64,000 nt of DNA from assembly GCA_026195275.1 (NCBI GenBank), contig JAPHQU010000001.1, positions 77,712 to 141,711 of the forward strand, given 5' to 3'. A model generated the notes under the pieces. That model was not told the DNA's origin. It saw nothing but the letters and a program-made list of their open reading frames with translations, and searched no databases. The translations under genes were made by a program, and so were the position numbers. Shown in pieces: positions 48,917-57,527 of this stretch. The stretch comes from Minisyncoccota bacterium. Its GTDB lineage: Bacteria > Patescibacteriota > Minisyncoccia > Phycocordibacterales > JABMNX01. The first letter of the stretch is position 1; every line of letters begins with the position of its first letter.

Positions 48917-50665
48917 TTATTCTGAAACCACACGGAGTACCTCCTCCACTGTGGTAATACCCTGAACCGCTTTGAAGATGCCGTCTTCAATCATAGTCAT
49001 CATACCTTCTTCTTTCGCTCGCGCCTCGATCTCTTCGGTGGTCGCCCCTTTCATGATGAGTCCTTTGATCGCGTCAGAGAGATGGAGGATCTCATGAATA
49101 CCAATTCGCCCACTAAAACCATCCTCACACATCTCTGATGGTTTCTCCTTATAAAACGGAATATCTTCCCAAGTTGCGTCATTCTTAATCAACTTTTCCT
49201 CCTTCAGTGCCTTAAGAACCGCGTCAAGGTCAACTGATTGACCAAGCTTCTCAATCTCGGCTGCCGACATGGTGTATTCTTCTCGCTCTCCACAAAGCTT
49301 TCGTACCAGTCGTTGTCCGATGATAACCTCAAGTGTTGATACGAGAAGAAACGGCTCGACATCCATGTCGAGCAGTCGCGGAATTGCACCGGCAGCAGAG
49401 TTTGTGTGAAGTGTTGAGAGCACGAGATGTCCGGTCAAAGACGCGTTAATCGCGAGCGCCGCTGTCTCATTGTCACGGATCTCACCGACCATAATAATAT
49501 CTGGGTCTTGTCGCACGAGTGCGCGCAAACCGTTGGCAAATGTAAATCCAATATCCGGCTTCACTTGCGTCTGATTGATGCGCGGCATCTGATACTCGAT
49601 TGGGTCCTCGATTGTAGAGATATTAACATTGGTCGTATTGAGGATATCAAGGACCGTGTAGAGCGTAGTTGTCTTTCCTGACCCGGTCGGCCCAGTCGTG
49701 AGAATCATGCCGGTCTTCTGGCGCGTCGCTTCGTGGATGCGCTCGAGTCCTTCGCCATGAAAACCGAGTCCTTCGAGTGTGAAGCCGGAGATATTCTCCC
49801 GAAGGAGGCGCATGACCGTCTTTTCACCAAAGTAGGTAGGAAGTACCGACACACGGAGTGAGACGCGTTCGTTCTCCGACTCCATCTTAAATCGACCGTC
49901 CTGCGGCAGACGCTTCTCATCCAGTTTGAGGTTGGAGAGCACTTTAATGCGCGCTGTTATGGAAGAAGTGGCTTCCTTCGGAAGTGTCATTGCATCATGG
50001 AGGATTCCGTCGATACGGTAGCGGATCAACACATTGTCTTCACGCGGCTCGATGTGTATGTCTGACGCGTTTTGGTTGATCGCATGACGAAGCAACGAGT
50101 CAACAATGCGCACCACCGGCAGGTCTTCGGCAAGCCGTTTAAGATCGCTCTCTGACATGTTGGCGCCCTCTTCAGGCACACCTTTCAGTGATGCAGTCTC
50201 ACGCTTAATGATTTCACCGAACTCTTCCTTGAGACTCTTTTGATACTGCTTGAGTGCCGCTTTGATCGAAGCGGTGTCGGTGAGTCGCGGCAATATCTTG
50301 AGCCGGACCTTCTTCTTAACAAAATCGATTGCCGTGAGGTCATCCGTATTAAGCATAGCGACCTCAAGACTATCGTCGCCTTTTTTATACGCGATGATGT
50401 TGTGATTGCGTGCAATTGGTTCAGGAATAAGCGAGAGTACGTCAAAGTTTACCCGCGTATTCTGGAGGTTAACAAAGGGAATTCCCAAAATATGTGCTTG
50501 TGCGCGACGCAGGTCATCCTCGGTAACATCGCCGTTACTCACGAGTATATCTCCGACACGAACATCTTTTTTCTCCGCCTCTTTCTCGGCAGATTCAAAA
50601 CCGCTCTTTGATACTATGCCGGCATCGAGGAAAAATTCTTTGAGCTTTGATTCGTTAATGTACAT
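48917..50665 (-). CDS. pilB: type IV pilus assembly ATPase PilB (GspE family)
   Basis: start MYINESKLKEFF (ATG 50665); Walker A GPTGSGKTTTLY, Asp/His boxes, tetracysteine-like CGE...C region; N-terminal GSPII_E_N domain. Confidence 0.9.
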   Translation of the reverse strand: MYINESKLKEFFLDAGIVSKSGFESAEKEAEKKDVRVGDILVSNGDVTEDDLRRAQAHILGIPFVNLQNTRVNFDVLSLIPEPIARNHNIIAYKKGDDSLEVAMLNTDDLTAIDFVKKKVRLKILPRLTDTASIKAALKQYQKSLKEEFGEIIKRETASLKGVPEEGANMSESDLKRLAEDLPVVRIVDSLLRHAINQNASDIHIEPREDNVLIRYRIDGILHDAMTLPKEATSSITARIKVLSNLKLDEKRLPQDGRFKMESENERVSLRVSVLPTYFGEKTVMRLLRENISGFTLEGLGFHGEGLERIHEATRQKTGMILTTGPTGSGKTTTLYTVLDILNTTNVNISTIEDPIEYQMPRINQTQVKPDIGFTFANGLRALVRQDPDIIMVGEIRDNETAALAINASLTGHLVLSTLHTNSAAGAIPRLLDMDVEPFLLVSTLEVIIGQRLVRKLCGEREEYTMSAAEIEKLGQSVDLDAVLKALKEEKLIKNDATWEDIPFYKEKPSEMCEDGFSGRIGIHEILHLSDAIKGLIMKGATTEEIEARAKEEGMMTMIEDGIFKAVQGITTVEEVLRVVSE

Positions 50666-50763
50666 ATTTATAAATGAGTACTTGAGCGCACACGCATCGT
50701 TTCTTAAAGTATACCAAAGAAACACACGTCTTTTGTTTGGTTTTCGACAAAATATGTGTATTG

Positions 50764-50792
50764 TTGACTTGCGTGATTCTGTATGCTACACT
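50764..50792 (+). promoter_or_regulatory. sigma70-like promoter TTGACT-17-TACACT for nusA
   Basis: seen in divergent intergenic region 64 nt upstream of nusA ATG. Confidence 0.4.
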
Positions 50793-50855
50793 CCATTTAC
50801 TACTGTCCGTTACGAAACGGGCATATTTTTTTAGAAAATTGAATAACAATTGAAT

Positions 50856-52220
50856 ATGTTCGACCTTAAAGTAATCAATTCGGTACTCGACCAACTCGAA
50901 GAAGAGCGCGGCATTCCCCGCGAGAAGGTCTTCGAAGCTATTGAGACTGCGCTTGCAACTGCATACAAAAAAGAATATGGGAAACGCGGACAAATCATTC
51001 GTGCGAAGTTTGATGTAACCACCGGAGATGTAGAGTTCTTTCAGGTGAATATTGTTGTTGATGAGACTATGGTGCGCGGTGAAGAAGAGGAGCCGGAAAA
51101 TGAAGACGATCTTCGCTCACGCTTCAACCCGGAACACCACATCATGATGGAGGATGCGAAGCGTATTAAAAAAGATGCAAAACTCGATGACGAGCTTGTC
51201 TTCCCGCTTGAAACAAAGGATGACTTTGGACGCATTGCCGCCCAGACTGCAAAACAGGTGATTATCCAGAAGATCCGCGAAGCGGAAAAAACATCGATTC
51301 TCAAGGAATATGGAGAACACGAGGGTGAGATTGTCACCGGAACTGTACAACGTATAGAGCGCGGCAACATCTTTGTTGACCTCGGTCGCGCAACTGGCAT
51401 GCTTCCGTATGACGAACAAATCCCCGGCGAGCGTTTCCGCCAAGGTGAGCGACTTCGTGCACTTCTCTACTCAGTAGAAGAAAGCCCGCGCGGCACCTAT
51501 CTCCGCCTTTCGCGCTCACACCCCGACTTCCTTAAGAAGCTCTTTGAGGGTGAAGTCCCTGAACTTGCCTCTGGCGCAGTTGAGATCAAAGGTATTGCTC
51601 GCGAAGCAGGTTCACGATCAAAGCTTGCGGTTGCGTCTCACGACGAGCATATCGATCCTGTTGGTTCTCTCGTTGGGCAACGTGGCGTACGCGTAACAAC
51701 TGTTATGAGCGAGCTTGGCGGTGAAAAGATCGACGTCATCGAATGGTCGGATGACCCGGTAGAATTCATCGAGGAAGCACTCTCTCCCGCAAAGATCATC
51801 AATGTCGCTATCAATGAAGCGGATGAGCGCGCAACTGTCGAGGTTGATGAAGACCAGCAGTCACTCGCAATCGGTCGTGGCGGACAGAACGTACGTCTCG
51901 CAGCGAAGCTGACCGGTTGGAAGATCGACATCCACTCAATTGGCGGTGAAAGCATTGCTGAAGCTGACGCGACTCATGTTACTATCAACGAAGAGACACC
52001 TGCTGAAGTAGCTGAGAAACCAAAAGAGGTGACTACTGAAGAAAACGAGACTCCTGAGACAGAGATCCAGGCCGAGGAAGTTGCGGTCTCAACCGAAATC
52101 CCGTCCGAAGACGGGGAAACCCCTGTAGAAATCGAGCAAACCGAGGAAGCAGAATCCGGCGAAACGGCTGAGAGTGACTCTGTAGAATCGGAGACTCCTG
52201 AGATTGAGGAGGAGAAGTAA
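50856..52220 (+). CDS. nusA: transcription termination/antitermination factor NusA with acidic C-terminal tail
   Basis: NusA N-terminal domain, S1 and KH domains; ATG 50856 (track ORF starts TTG 50850). Confidence 0.9.
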   Translation: MFDLKVINSVLDQLEEERGIPREKVFEAIETALATAYKKEYGKRGQIIRAKFDVTTGDVEFFQVNIVVDETMVRGEEEEPENEDDLRSRFNPEHHIMMEDAKRIKKDAKLDDELVFPLETKDDFGRIAAQTAKQVIIQKIREAEKTSILKEYGEHEGEIVTGTVQRIERGNIFVDLGRATGMLPYDEQIPGERFRQGERLRALLYSVEESPRGTYLRLSRSHPDFLKKLFEGEVPELASGAVEIKGIAREAGSRSKLAVASHDEHIDPVGSLVGQRGVRVTTVMSELGGEKIDVIEWSDDPVEFIEEALSPAKIINVAINEADERATVEVDEDQQSLAIGRGGQNVRLAAKLTGWKIDIHSIGGESIAEADATHVTINEETPAEVAEKPKEVTTEENETPETEIQAEEVAVSTEIPSEDGETPVEIEQTEEAESGETAESDSVESETPEIEEEK

Positions 52221-52250
52221 TATCACTTAGTAAGTAACCAAAAAATTTCT

Positions 52251-52787
52251 ATGGACCTATGGCATGACGTACCTCTCGGTGACAATGTCCCAGAGGAATT
52301 CAACACTATCATCGAGATCCCGAAGGGGTCATTCAATAAATATGAGATCGATAAAGAAACCGGTCTCATCGCGCTTGATCGCGCGAACTACTCAGCAACA
52401 CCATATCCATTTGACTATGGGTTTGCGCCGCAGACGCTCTGGGAGGACAACGACCCGCTCGATGTGATCGTCCTCACCACCTTCCCGCTTCACCCCGGTA
52501 TTGTGGTGAAGGTGCGCCCTGTCGCAGTGATGGAGATGATCGACTCAGGTGAGTCAGACTACAAGATCATCACGGTCCCGGCAGACGATAAACGCTGGGA
52601 CAACGTGAAAGACCTTAAGGATGTGAACGAGCACAACCTCAAAGAGTTTAAACACTTTTTTGAAACCTACAAGGAGCTTAAAGGAAAAGGCGACATTGTC
52701 GAAGTGGGAGACTACAAGGGCAAGGAAGATGCCAAGAAAGCAGTTCTTCGCTCAATTGAGCTTTACAAAGAAAAGCACGGAAAATAA
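52251..52787 (+). CDS. ppa: inorganic pyrophosphatase (family I)
   Basis: IEIPKGSFNKYEID, DPLDVIV motifs; 178 aa. Confidence 0.9.
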   Translation: MDLWHDVPLGDNVPEEFNTIIEIPKGSFNKYEIDKETGLIALDRANYSATPYPFDYGFAPQTLWEDNDPLDVIVLTTFPLHPGIVVKVRPVAVMEMIDSGESDYKIITVPADDKRWDNVKDLKDVNEHNLKEFKHFFETYKELKGKGDIVEVGDYKGKEDAKKAVLRSIELYKEKHGK

Positions 52788-52804
52788 CACTGATTCCACT
52801 TATT

Positions 52805-52848
52805 AACAAACAGGGTATTCGTCCACGAATACCCTGTTTGTTATACTA
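52805..52848 (+). terminator. intrinsic terminator AACAAACAGGGTATTCG-TCCA-CGAATACCCTGTTTGTT + ATACTAT
   Basis: 17-bp perfect stem after ppa. Confidence 0.6.
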
Positions 52849-52887
52849 TATGTGTCACTTGGCATAACTAACATAATTATACTCATC

Positions 52888-53835
52888 ATGAATTATTCAT
52901 ATACACACACTCACCTCCTTTCAGGAATTGTGCTTGCGGGAATCATTCTCTCTATAGGTACGTTCTCCGTACACGCACAAACAGACCTCCGTCCGCGCCC
53001 GGTGCAATCAACGACTGACAATCGACCGGACTACCAACCCGAACCGGCACGATACGATAACTCCAGACACCAGGAAACATACAGAACTACCGGTTTCCCC
53101 GAGCGCACAACAGTCTCTCAAACAAACACTGAGCCGCAAAGCTTTCTTGAAAAAGCGCGAAACATGCTCTTGCAACGCCGCGAAGATCTAAAGAATAGAA
53201 ACATGATCCCAACAGAAGTTCGAGACTCTACAGAGTCCGGCTTCCGTGCCGGTATGGCGTCAGGGACTCCAGAACTGATTCGAGCGCAACTCGCCACTTC
53301 AACGAAAGAACGACTGGAACAAATAGAAGAACGAAAGAGTGAGCTGCGTTTGCAATTGGAAGAACGACGCGCGGAACTGGAAGAAAAGAAAAACGAACGT
53401 ATTGCGCGCTACCTTGGATACATCTCACGAAAGATGGACGCCGCGATAGAGCGACTAAACACATTGGCTGACCGGATCCTCTCACGCATTGAGAAACTTG
53501 AGGAAGTCGGGCATGAGATGACCGATGCGCGCGCAGTTCTTGATACCGCTCGCGGAGAGATCGCGATTGCTGAGGAAGAGATGAATAGCGCACTTGAGGA
53601 CGCAAAAACCGCACTTGAAGAAGACATGACACGAGAAGCATTTGGACAAGTCGCTTCAACGCTCGCGCACGCAAAAGAGAGTCTTCGCGATGCACACAAG
53701 GCATTGGTCGAGGTGATTCGCTTACTCCATGACACACTTGGAGAGACAGGAGAGGACGACGAAAGAGAAGATGATGAGGGTGGCGAAGATGACGAATCTG
53801 ATGAGACACCAACAACACCAGGAGAAGAACAATAA
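52888..53835 (+). CDS. hypothetical secreted coiled-coil protein with acidic C-terminus
   Basis: ATG 52888 preceded by TATACT 4 nt upstream (track ORF starts GTG 52852 inside terminator); signal-peptide-like N-terminus, Glu/Arg/Leu-rich heptads, C-terminal EDDEREDDEGGEDDESDE. Confidence 0.5.
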   Translation: MNYSYTHTHLLSGIVLAGIILSIGTFSVHAQTDLRPRPVQSTTDNRPDYQPEPARYDNSRHQETYRTTGFPERTTVSQTNTEPQSFLEKARNMLLQRREDLKNRNMIPTEVRDSTESGFRAGMASGTPELIRAQLATSTKERLEQIEERKSELRLQLEERRAELEEKKNERIARYLGYISRKMDAAIERLNTLADRILSRIEKLEEVGHEMTDARAVLDTARGEIAIAEEEMNSALEDAKTALEEDMTREAFGQVASTLAHAKESLRDAHKALVEVIRLLHDTLGETGEDDEREDDEGGEDDESDETPTTPGEEQ

Positions 53836-53860
53836 TATTTAGCCACTAACCTACCCTATT

Positions 53861-54232
53861 ATGAACGAAGATATGAAAAAAGGTGCAGACAAAGAGCAGG
53901 TTGTCACATCTGAAACGCCACAACCTGAGGTCCCGAACACACTTCAGGACAACTCTCCTGAGAAGAGTACCGCCGGACCGCTCGTTGCCATCATCATTAT
54001 CATTGTGATGCTTATTGTCGGCGGCTTCTACTTTTGGAAGACAAAGATCGGCACGCTAGAAGATGCCAACCTCCCAACTATCCAACAAGAAGGTGAGGCA
54101 ACAGAAGGAGTGATTGACCAACTTAAGACACAGGGCACGTCAGACGAGATCAGCGCAATTGAAGAGGATCTTAGTGCAACCGATCTTGAGGACCTCGACG
54201 CGGAGCTCGACCAGATTTTAAACGAACTCTAG
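53861..54232 (+). CDS. hypothetical acidic protein with one central TM helix
   Basis: 123 aa, GPLVAIIIIIVMLIVGGFYFW helix. Confidence 0.45.
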   Translation: MNEDMKKGADKEQVVTSETPQPEVPNTLQDNSPEKSTAGPLVAIIIIIVMLIVGGFYFWKTKIGTLEDANLPTIQQEGEATEGVIDQLKTQGTSDEISAIEEDLSATDLEDLDAELDQILNEL

Positions 54233-54249
54233 AGCTAACTCTTGGACTT

Positions 54250-54284
54250 CAAAAACGACCCATCTAGATGGGTTGTTTTTTATT
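54250..54284 (+). terminator. intrinsic terminator AACGACCCATC-TAG-GATGGGTTGTT + TTTTTATTT
   Basis: 11-bp stem after orf53861. Confidence 0.55.
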
Positions 54285-54316
54285 TAGAGATTCGAGTCCT
54301 CTCTGCGAAAGAGTTT

Positions 54317-54345
54317 TTGACATACACCAATTCACACGCTAGACT
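54317..54345 (+). promoter_or_regulatory. sigma70-like promoter TTGACA-17-TAGACT giving near-leaderless tig transcript
   Basis: consensus -35; -10 ends 9 nt before tig ATG. Confidence 0.45.
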
Positions 54346-54354
54346 GTGCGGACT

Positions 54355-55518
54355 ATGACAGACAGTAAAAAAGGTGCAGAAACACTTTACACAAACCTGG
54401 ATATTACTAACCAAGAAGGGTCTGAGGTGAAGATTAGTGGCGAGATCCCCACTGAGGTGCAGGTACCATACCGCGAGAAAGCCATCAAGAAGCTTGGCGA
54501 AAACGCGACAATCGACGGCTTTCGCAAGGGACACATCCCCGAGAAGGTGCTCGTGGAGAAAGTCGGCGAGGAGCGGGTCTTGCACGAGGTTGCTGAGATG
54601 GCAATCACGGATATCTACCCTGCTATCGTGATTAAAAACAAGCTCGATGTGATCGGGCGACCACAGGTATCGATCACCAAGCTTGCCGCGGGAAATCCGA
54701 TCGGCTTCTCTATCACCACCGCGGTGATGCCGGAGGTTTCCCTTCCCGACCACAAGAAGATCGCTGAGGAGGTCATGAAGGAGAAAGACGACCTCGAAGT
54801 GACCGACGCAGACGTGGAGAAGGTGCTCACTGAAGTACGCCAAGGTAAAGCACGTTTTGATAAAGCAAAAGCCGAAGCGGAGGCAAAAGAGAGCGGTGCA
54901 GACGGAGGAGAAAATGAAGAGGCAAAAGACAGCAAAGAAGACCTTGAGGAAGAACTCCCTGAACTCGATGATGCATTCATTGCAACACTCGGTGGCGACT
55001 TCAAAACTGTTAAGGAATTCGAGGAGCGCGTCCGTAAAGACCTTGGTGTAGAGAAAGAACGCAAAGCACGTGAAAAGAAGCGTGTCACACTTTCAGAGAA
55101 GCTCATTGAAGAGGCAAAAGCTGACCTTCCAAAAGTCATGGTTGAGAGTGAGCTCGACAAAATGCTAGCGCAGATGAAGGATGATGTGGCGCGCGCCGGC
55201 ATGAAGTTCGAAGATTATCTCACCCACGTGAAGAAAACCGAAGAAGATATGCGTGCGGAGTGGAAGGAACAGGCTGAGAAGCGTGCAAAACTTCAACTTG
55301 TACTCAATAAGATAGCGACCATGGAAGATATCCATGCCGACCATGATGAGGTACATAAGGAGATGGACAAGATTCTCGAGCAGTTCAAAGACGCCAACCC
55401 GGAGAACGTCCACATCTTTGTCGAAACTCAACTCACCAACGAGGCAGTGTTCAACTTCCTTGAGAACGGAGGAAAGAAAGATAGAAATAAGGAGGAAAAG
55501 CAAGAAGCTGGTCAGTAG
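54355..55518 (+). CDS. tig: trigger factor
   Basis: GFRKGHIP ribosome-binding signature, FKBP-like middle domain; ATG 54355 (track ORF starts GTG 54346). Confidence 0.9.
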   Translation: MTDSKKGAETLYTNLDITNQEGSEVKISGEIPTEVQVPYREKAIKKLGENATIDGFRKGHIPEKVLVEKVGEERVLHEVAEMAITDIYPAIVIKNKLDVIGRPQVSITKLAAGNPIGFSITTAVMPEVSLPDHKKIAEEVMKEKDDLEVTDADVEKVLTEVRQGKARFDKAKAEAEAKESGADGGENEEAKDSKEDLEEELPELDDAFIATLGGDFKTVKEFEERVRKDLGVEKERKAREKKRVTLSEKLIEEAKADLPKVMVESELDKMLAQMKDDVARAGMKFEDYLTHVKKTEEDMRAEWKEQAEKRAKLQLVLNKIATMEDIHADHDEVHKEMDKILEQFKDANPENVHIFVETQLTNEAVFNFLENGGKKDRNKEEKQEAGQ

Positions 55519-55533
55519 TCATCGGTCACCACA

Positions 55534-55574
55534 AAAACAAATGTCCGACATTAGATGTCGGACATTTGTTTTGG
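55534..55574 (+). terminator. intrinsic terminator AACAAATGTCCGACAT-TAG-ATGTCGGACATTTGTT + TTGGG
   Basis: 16-bp perfect stem after tig. Confidence 0.6.
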
Positions 55575-55633
55575 GAAGGGTTGTTTGTTCAAACTGATAA
55601 ATTTGCTAATATAGCCGTACCTAAGAAACAAAT

Positions 55634-56236
55634 ATGAAACACGAATTCAAACCAACAAAATCACAGCTCGTCCCCATGGTGATCGAGAAATCACAGTTCG
55701 GTGAGCGGGCCTTTGATATTTACTCACGACTTCTCAAGGAGCGCATTATTTTCCTCTCAGGGCCGATCAACGACGCAGTCGCAAACCTCGTCGTGGCGCA
55801 ACTCCTCTTCCTTCAGTCGGAAGACCCAAAGAAGGACGTCTTCCTCTACATCAATTCCCCGGGCGGCTCAGTCACCTCAACCATGGCAATGATCGACACG
55901 ATGAACCACATCAAACCGGACGTTGCGACCGTGTGTGTCGGCATGGCGGCTTCAGGTGGCGCATGGACACTCGCCGCAGGCAAGAAAGGCAAGCGCTTCG
56001 CGCTCCCAAACGCAGAAGTGATGATCCACCAGCCGCTTGGCGGCGCCGAAGGGCAAGCAACCGACATTGAGATCACCGCGCGCTGGATCCTCAAGACCAA
56101 AGAGCGCATGACCAAGATGATGGCGGACTTCACCGGGCAAGACGCAAAGACGATCGAGCGCGACATCGACCGCGACTTCTGGATGACCGCCCAGGAAGCG
56201 AAGAAATATGGCGTCGTCGATGAAGTCTTAAAATAA
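55634..56236 (+). CDS. clpP: ATP-dependent Clp protease proteolytic subunit ClpP
   Basis: Ser-His-Asp contexts [15 protein letters not shown]; 200 aa; no clpX follows. Confidence 0.95.
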   Translation: MKHEFKPTKSQLVPMVIEKSQFGERAFDIYSRLLKERIIFLSGPINDAVANLVVAQLLFLQSEDPKKDVFLYINSPGGSVTSTMAMIDTMNHIKPDVATVCVGMAASGGAWTLAAGKKGKRFALPNAEVMIHQPLGGAEGQATDIEITARWILKTKERMTKMMADFTGQDAKTIERDIDRDFWMTAQEAKKYGVVDEVLK

Positions 56237-56361
56237 GACCCGTGTCTTGTTTGTCATCGACGACGAGACGGAGGCATATTGCGAGCCTGCGAGCAAAGCC
56301 GAGCCCGGGCAGGAGGTTCTTAGTGAAGATGAGTGCGAAGCACGAAATCTGAGCTTAGAAA

Positions 56362-56392
56362 CCTGACGCTGTCGATGAGGTGCTCAAATAAG
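56362..56392 (+). repeat. DR1: displaced copy of clpP 3' end (encodes ...DAVDEVLK*)
   Basis: cctgacgctgtcgatgaggtgctcaaataag; 29/31 identical to DR2; translates to clpP C-terminal heptapeptide VDEVLK + stop; followed by own terminator 56424..56455. Confidence 0.6.
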
Positions 56393-56462
56393 TTTAAAGT
56401 AGAAAGTTAGAAGTTATAAAGCAAAAACCTTACGATATATCGTAAGGTTTTTAGATTGGTGG

Positions 56463-56493
56463 CCTGACGTTGTCGATGAGGTGCTGAAATAAG
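56463..56493 (+). repeat. DR2: second displaced copy of clpP 3' end (encodes ...DVVDEVLK*)
   Basis: cctgacgttgtcgatgaggtgctgaaataag; followed by hairpin AAACGTCACACATATGTGTGACGTTT. Confidence 0.6.
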
Positions 56494-56546
56494 CAAAAGA
56501 AGAATTTTCTAAAACAAACGTCACACATATGTGTGACGTTTGTTTT

Positions 56547-56569
56547 ACTTGGAGGTCGAGCCTCCAAGT
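56547..56569. repeat. 23-bp perfect palindrome ACTTGGAGGTCGAGCCTCCAAGT (left boundary of cargo segment)
   Basis: second near-identical copy at 57232..57254, both preceded by TTTTACTTGG. Confidence 0.6.
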
Positions 56570-56649
56570 AAAAAATACAATAAAACTGGACAGAGTTTAT
56601 ATTTTGTGTTTATATTACCCCCAGACATAGATACGGAAGGAGAGAAGAT

Positions 56650-57183
56650 ATGACCGATACGTATGGTGCTCAAGAGGCCCAAGACCTGATTGACCTCTCG
56701 GTAAAGGTTGAGGGTTTCGACAACTGGCATGATGCACTCGCCACGGAAATCGAGATTGGGGGCATCTGGGCAAAAGAGACCGGTAAGACGAAAGCGTCCT
56801 TGCTCGAGGTCTGCGACGTCATGGCGCGAATCAACAGAATATCCCGCGAAATCGCGTACTTTTCCACGCTCATCAATGAGGGCTACCAGCTCGAGGATGC
56901 CGTGGTGAGCTTCCGAGGCGACGAAGAAGACGCATGGGGGAAATGCACCTGGATCAAAGATCATCCCAGCTACAAAGACCCTGAACACCGTCTGCGCGAC
57001 ATGTTCAAGTCCGATTGTGCTATCTCGTTCGCCAGTGCATTTTTCGACACCGAGCATGCCGGTGAGCAGAGGTTCACCCTGCAGTCGGTCGCCGTCTGCA
57101 ACGGCTTCTTGTTCCACAAGACGATCCTGTTTCACCGAGTCGTCTTTTCCAAGCCGAAACAAACTGCGGAAGAAGCCGCCTGA
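56650..57183 (+). CDS. hypothetical 177-aa protein (cargo gene of putative decayed integrated element)
   Basis: strong RBS GGAAGGAGAGAAG 6 nt before ATG; own terminator 57198..57231; no recognisable motif. Confidence 0.5.
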   Translation: MTDTYGAQEAQDLIDLSVKVEGFDNWHDALATEIEIGGIWAKETGKTKASLLEVCDVMARINRISREIAYFSTLINEGYQLEDAVVSFRGDEEDAWGKCTWIKDHPSYKDPEHRLRDMFKSDCAISFASAFFDTEHAGEQRFTLQSVAVCNGFLFHKTILFHRVVFSKPKQTAEEAA

Positions 57184-57197
57184 ATCGGACTTGCAAT

Positions 57198-57231
57198 GGC
57201 CACCCCACCCTGGGGTGGCCTTTTTCATTTT
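57198..57231 (+). terminator. intrinsic terminator GGCCACCCCA-CCC-TGGGGTGGCC + TTTTTCATTTT
   Basis: 10-bp perfect GC stem 14 nt after ORF stop. Confidence 0.6.
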
Positions 57232-57254
57232 ACTTGGAGGTCGGACCTCCAAGT
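57232..57254. repeat. 23-bp perfect palindrome ACTTGGAGGTCGGACCTCCAAGT (right boundary)
   Basis: direct repeat of 56547..56569 with loop GA/AG swap. Confidence 0.6.
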
Positions 57255-57527
57255 GGTAAATTCGACAAAGCTGAAAACCCGTGATATGTTGAGGATGTAG
57301 ACTTATTGAATTAAATTTGAAACCTGAGGACCTGCTCACCATCTCGACACAGAGAATATGAACAGGTTCCGTGCTTCCCCGCCCGACCGAGACGACCGAA
57401 AATACCTTGCGTGAATACCCTATTTTTACCCCATGATCTTCACTCATCGAAACATCTCACTGAAACGGTAGCAACACAAGCGAAAAGCAAGGTTTCTTGC
57501 CCTATCCTACGGTAGGCTAAGAACCAT

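Noticed and set aside
50790-50820. Hairpin GTCCGTT-ACGAA-ACGGGC + T7 upstream of nusA as possible attenuator
   Set aside because: Stem only 5-6 bp; could equally be coincidental in the promoter-proximal leader; reported only here.
56362-56493. Two 31-bp direct repeats 101 bp apart considered as a mini CRISPR array
   Set aside because: Only two copies, spacers contain terminators and promoter-like A/T motifs, and the repeat is clearly derived from the clpP 3' coding end; no cas genes nearby.
56545-57447. 300-aa minus-strand ORF
   Set aside because: Antisense to ORF 56650..57183, which has strong RBS and terminator; it runs through both 23-bp palindromes and a terminator hairpin; no start signals.
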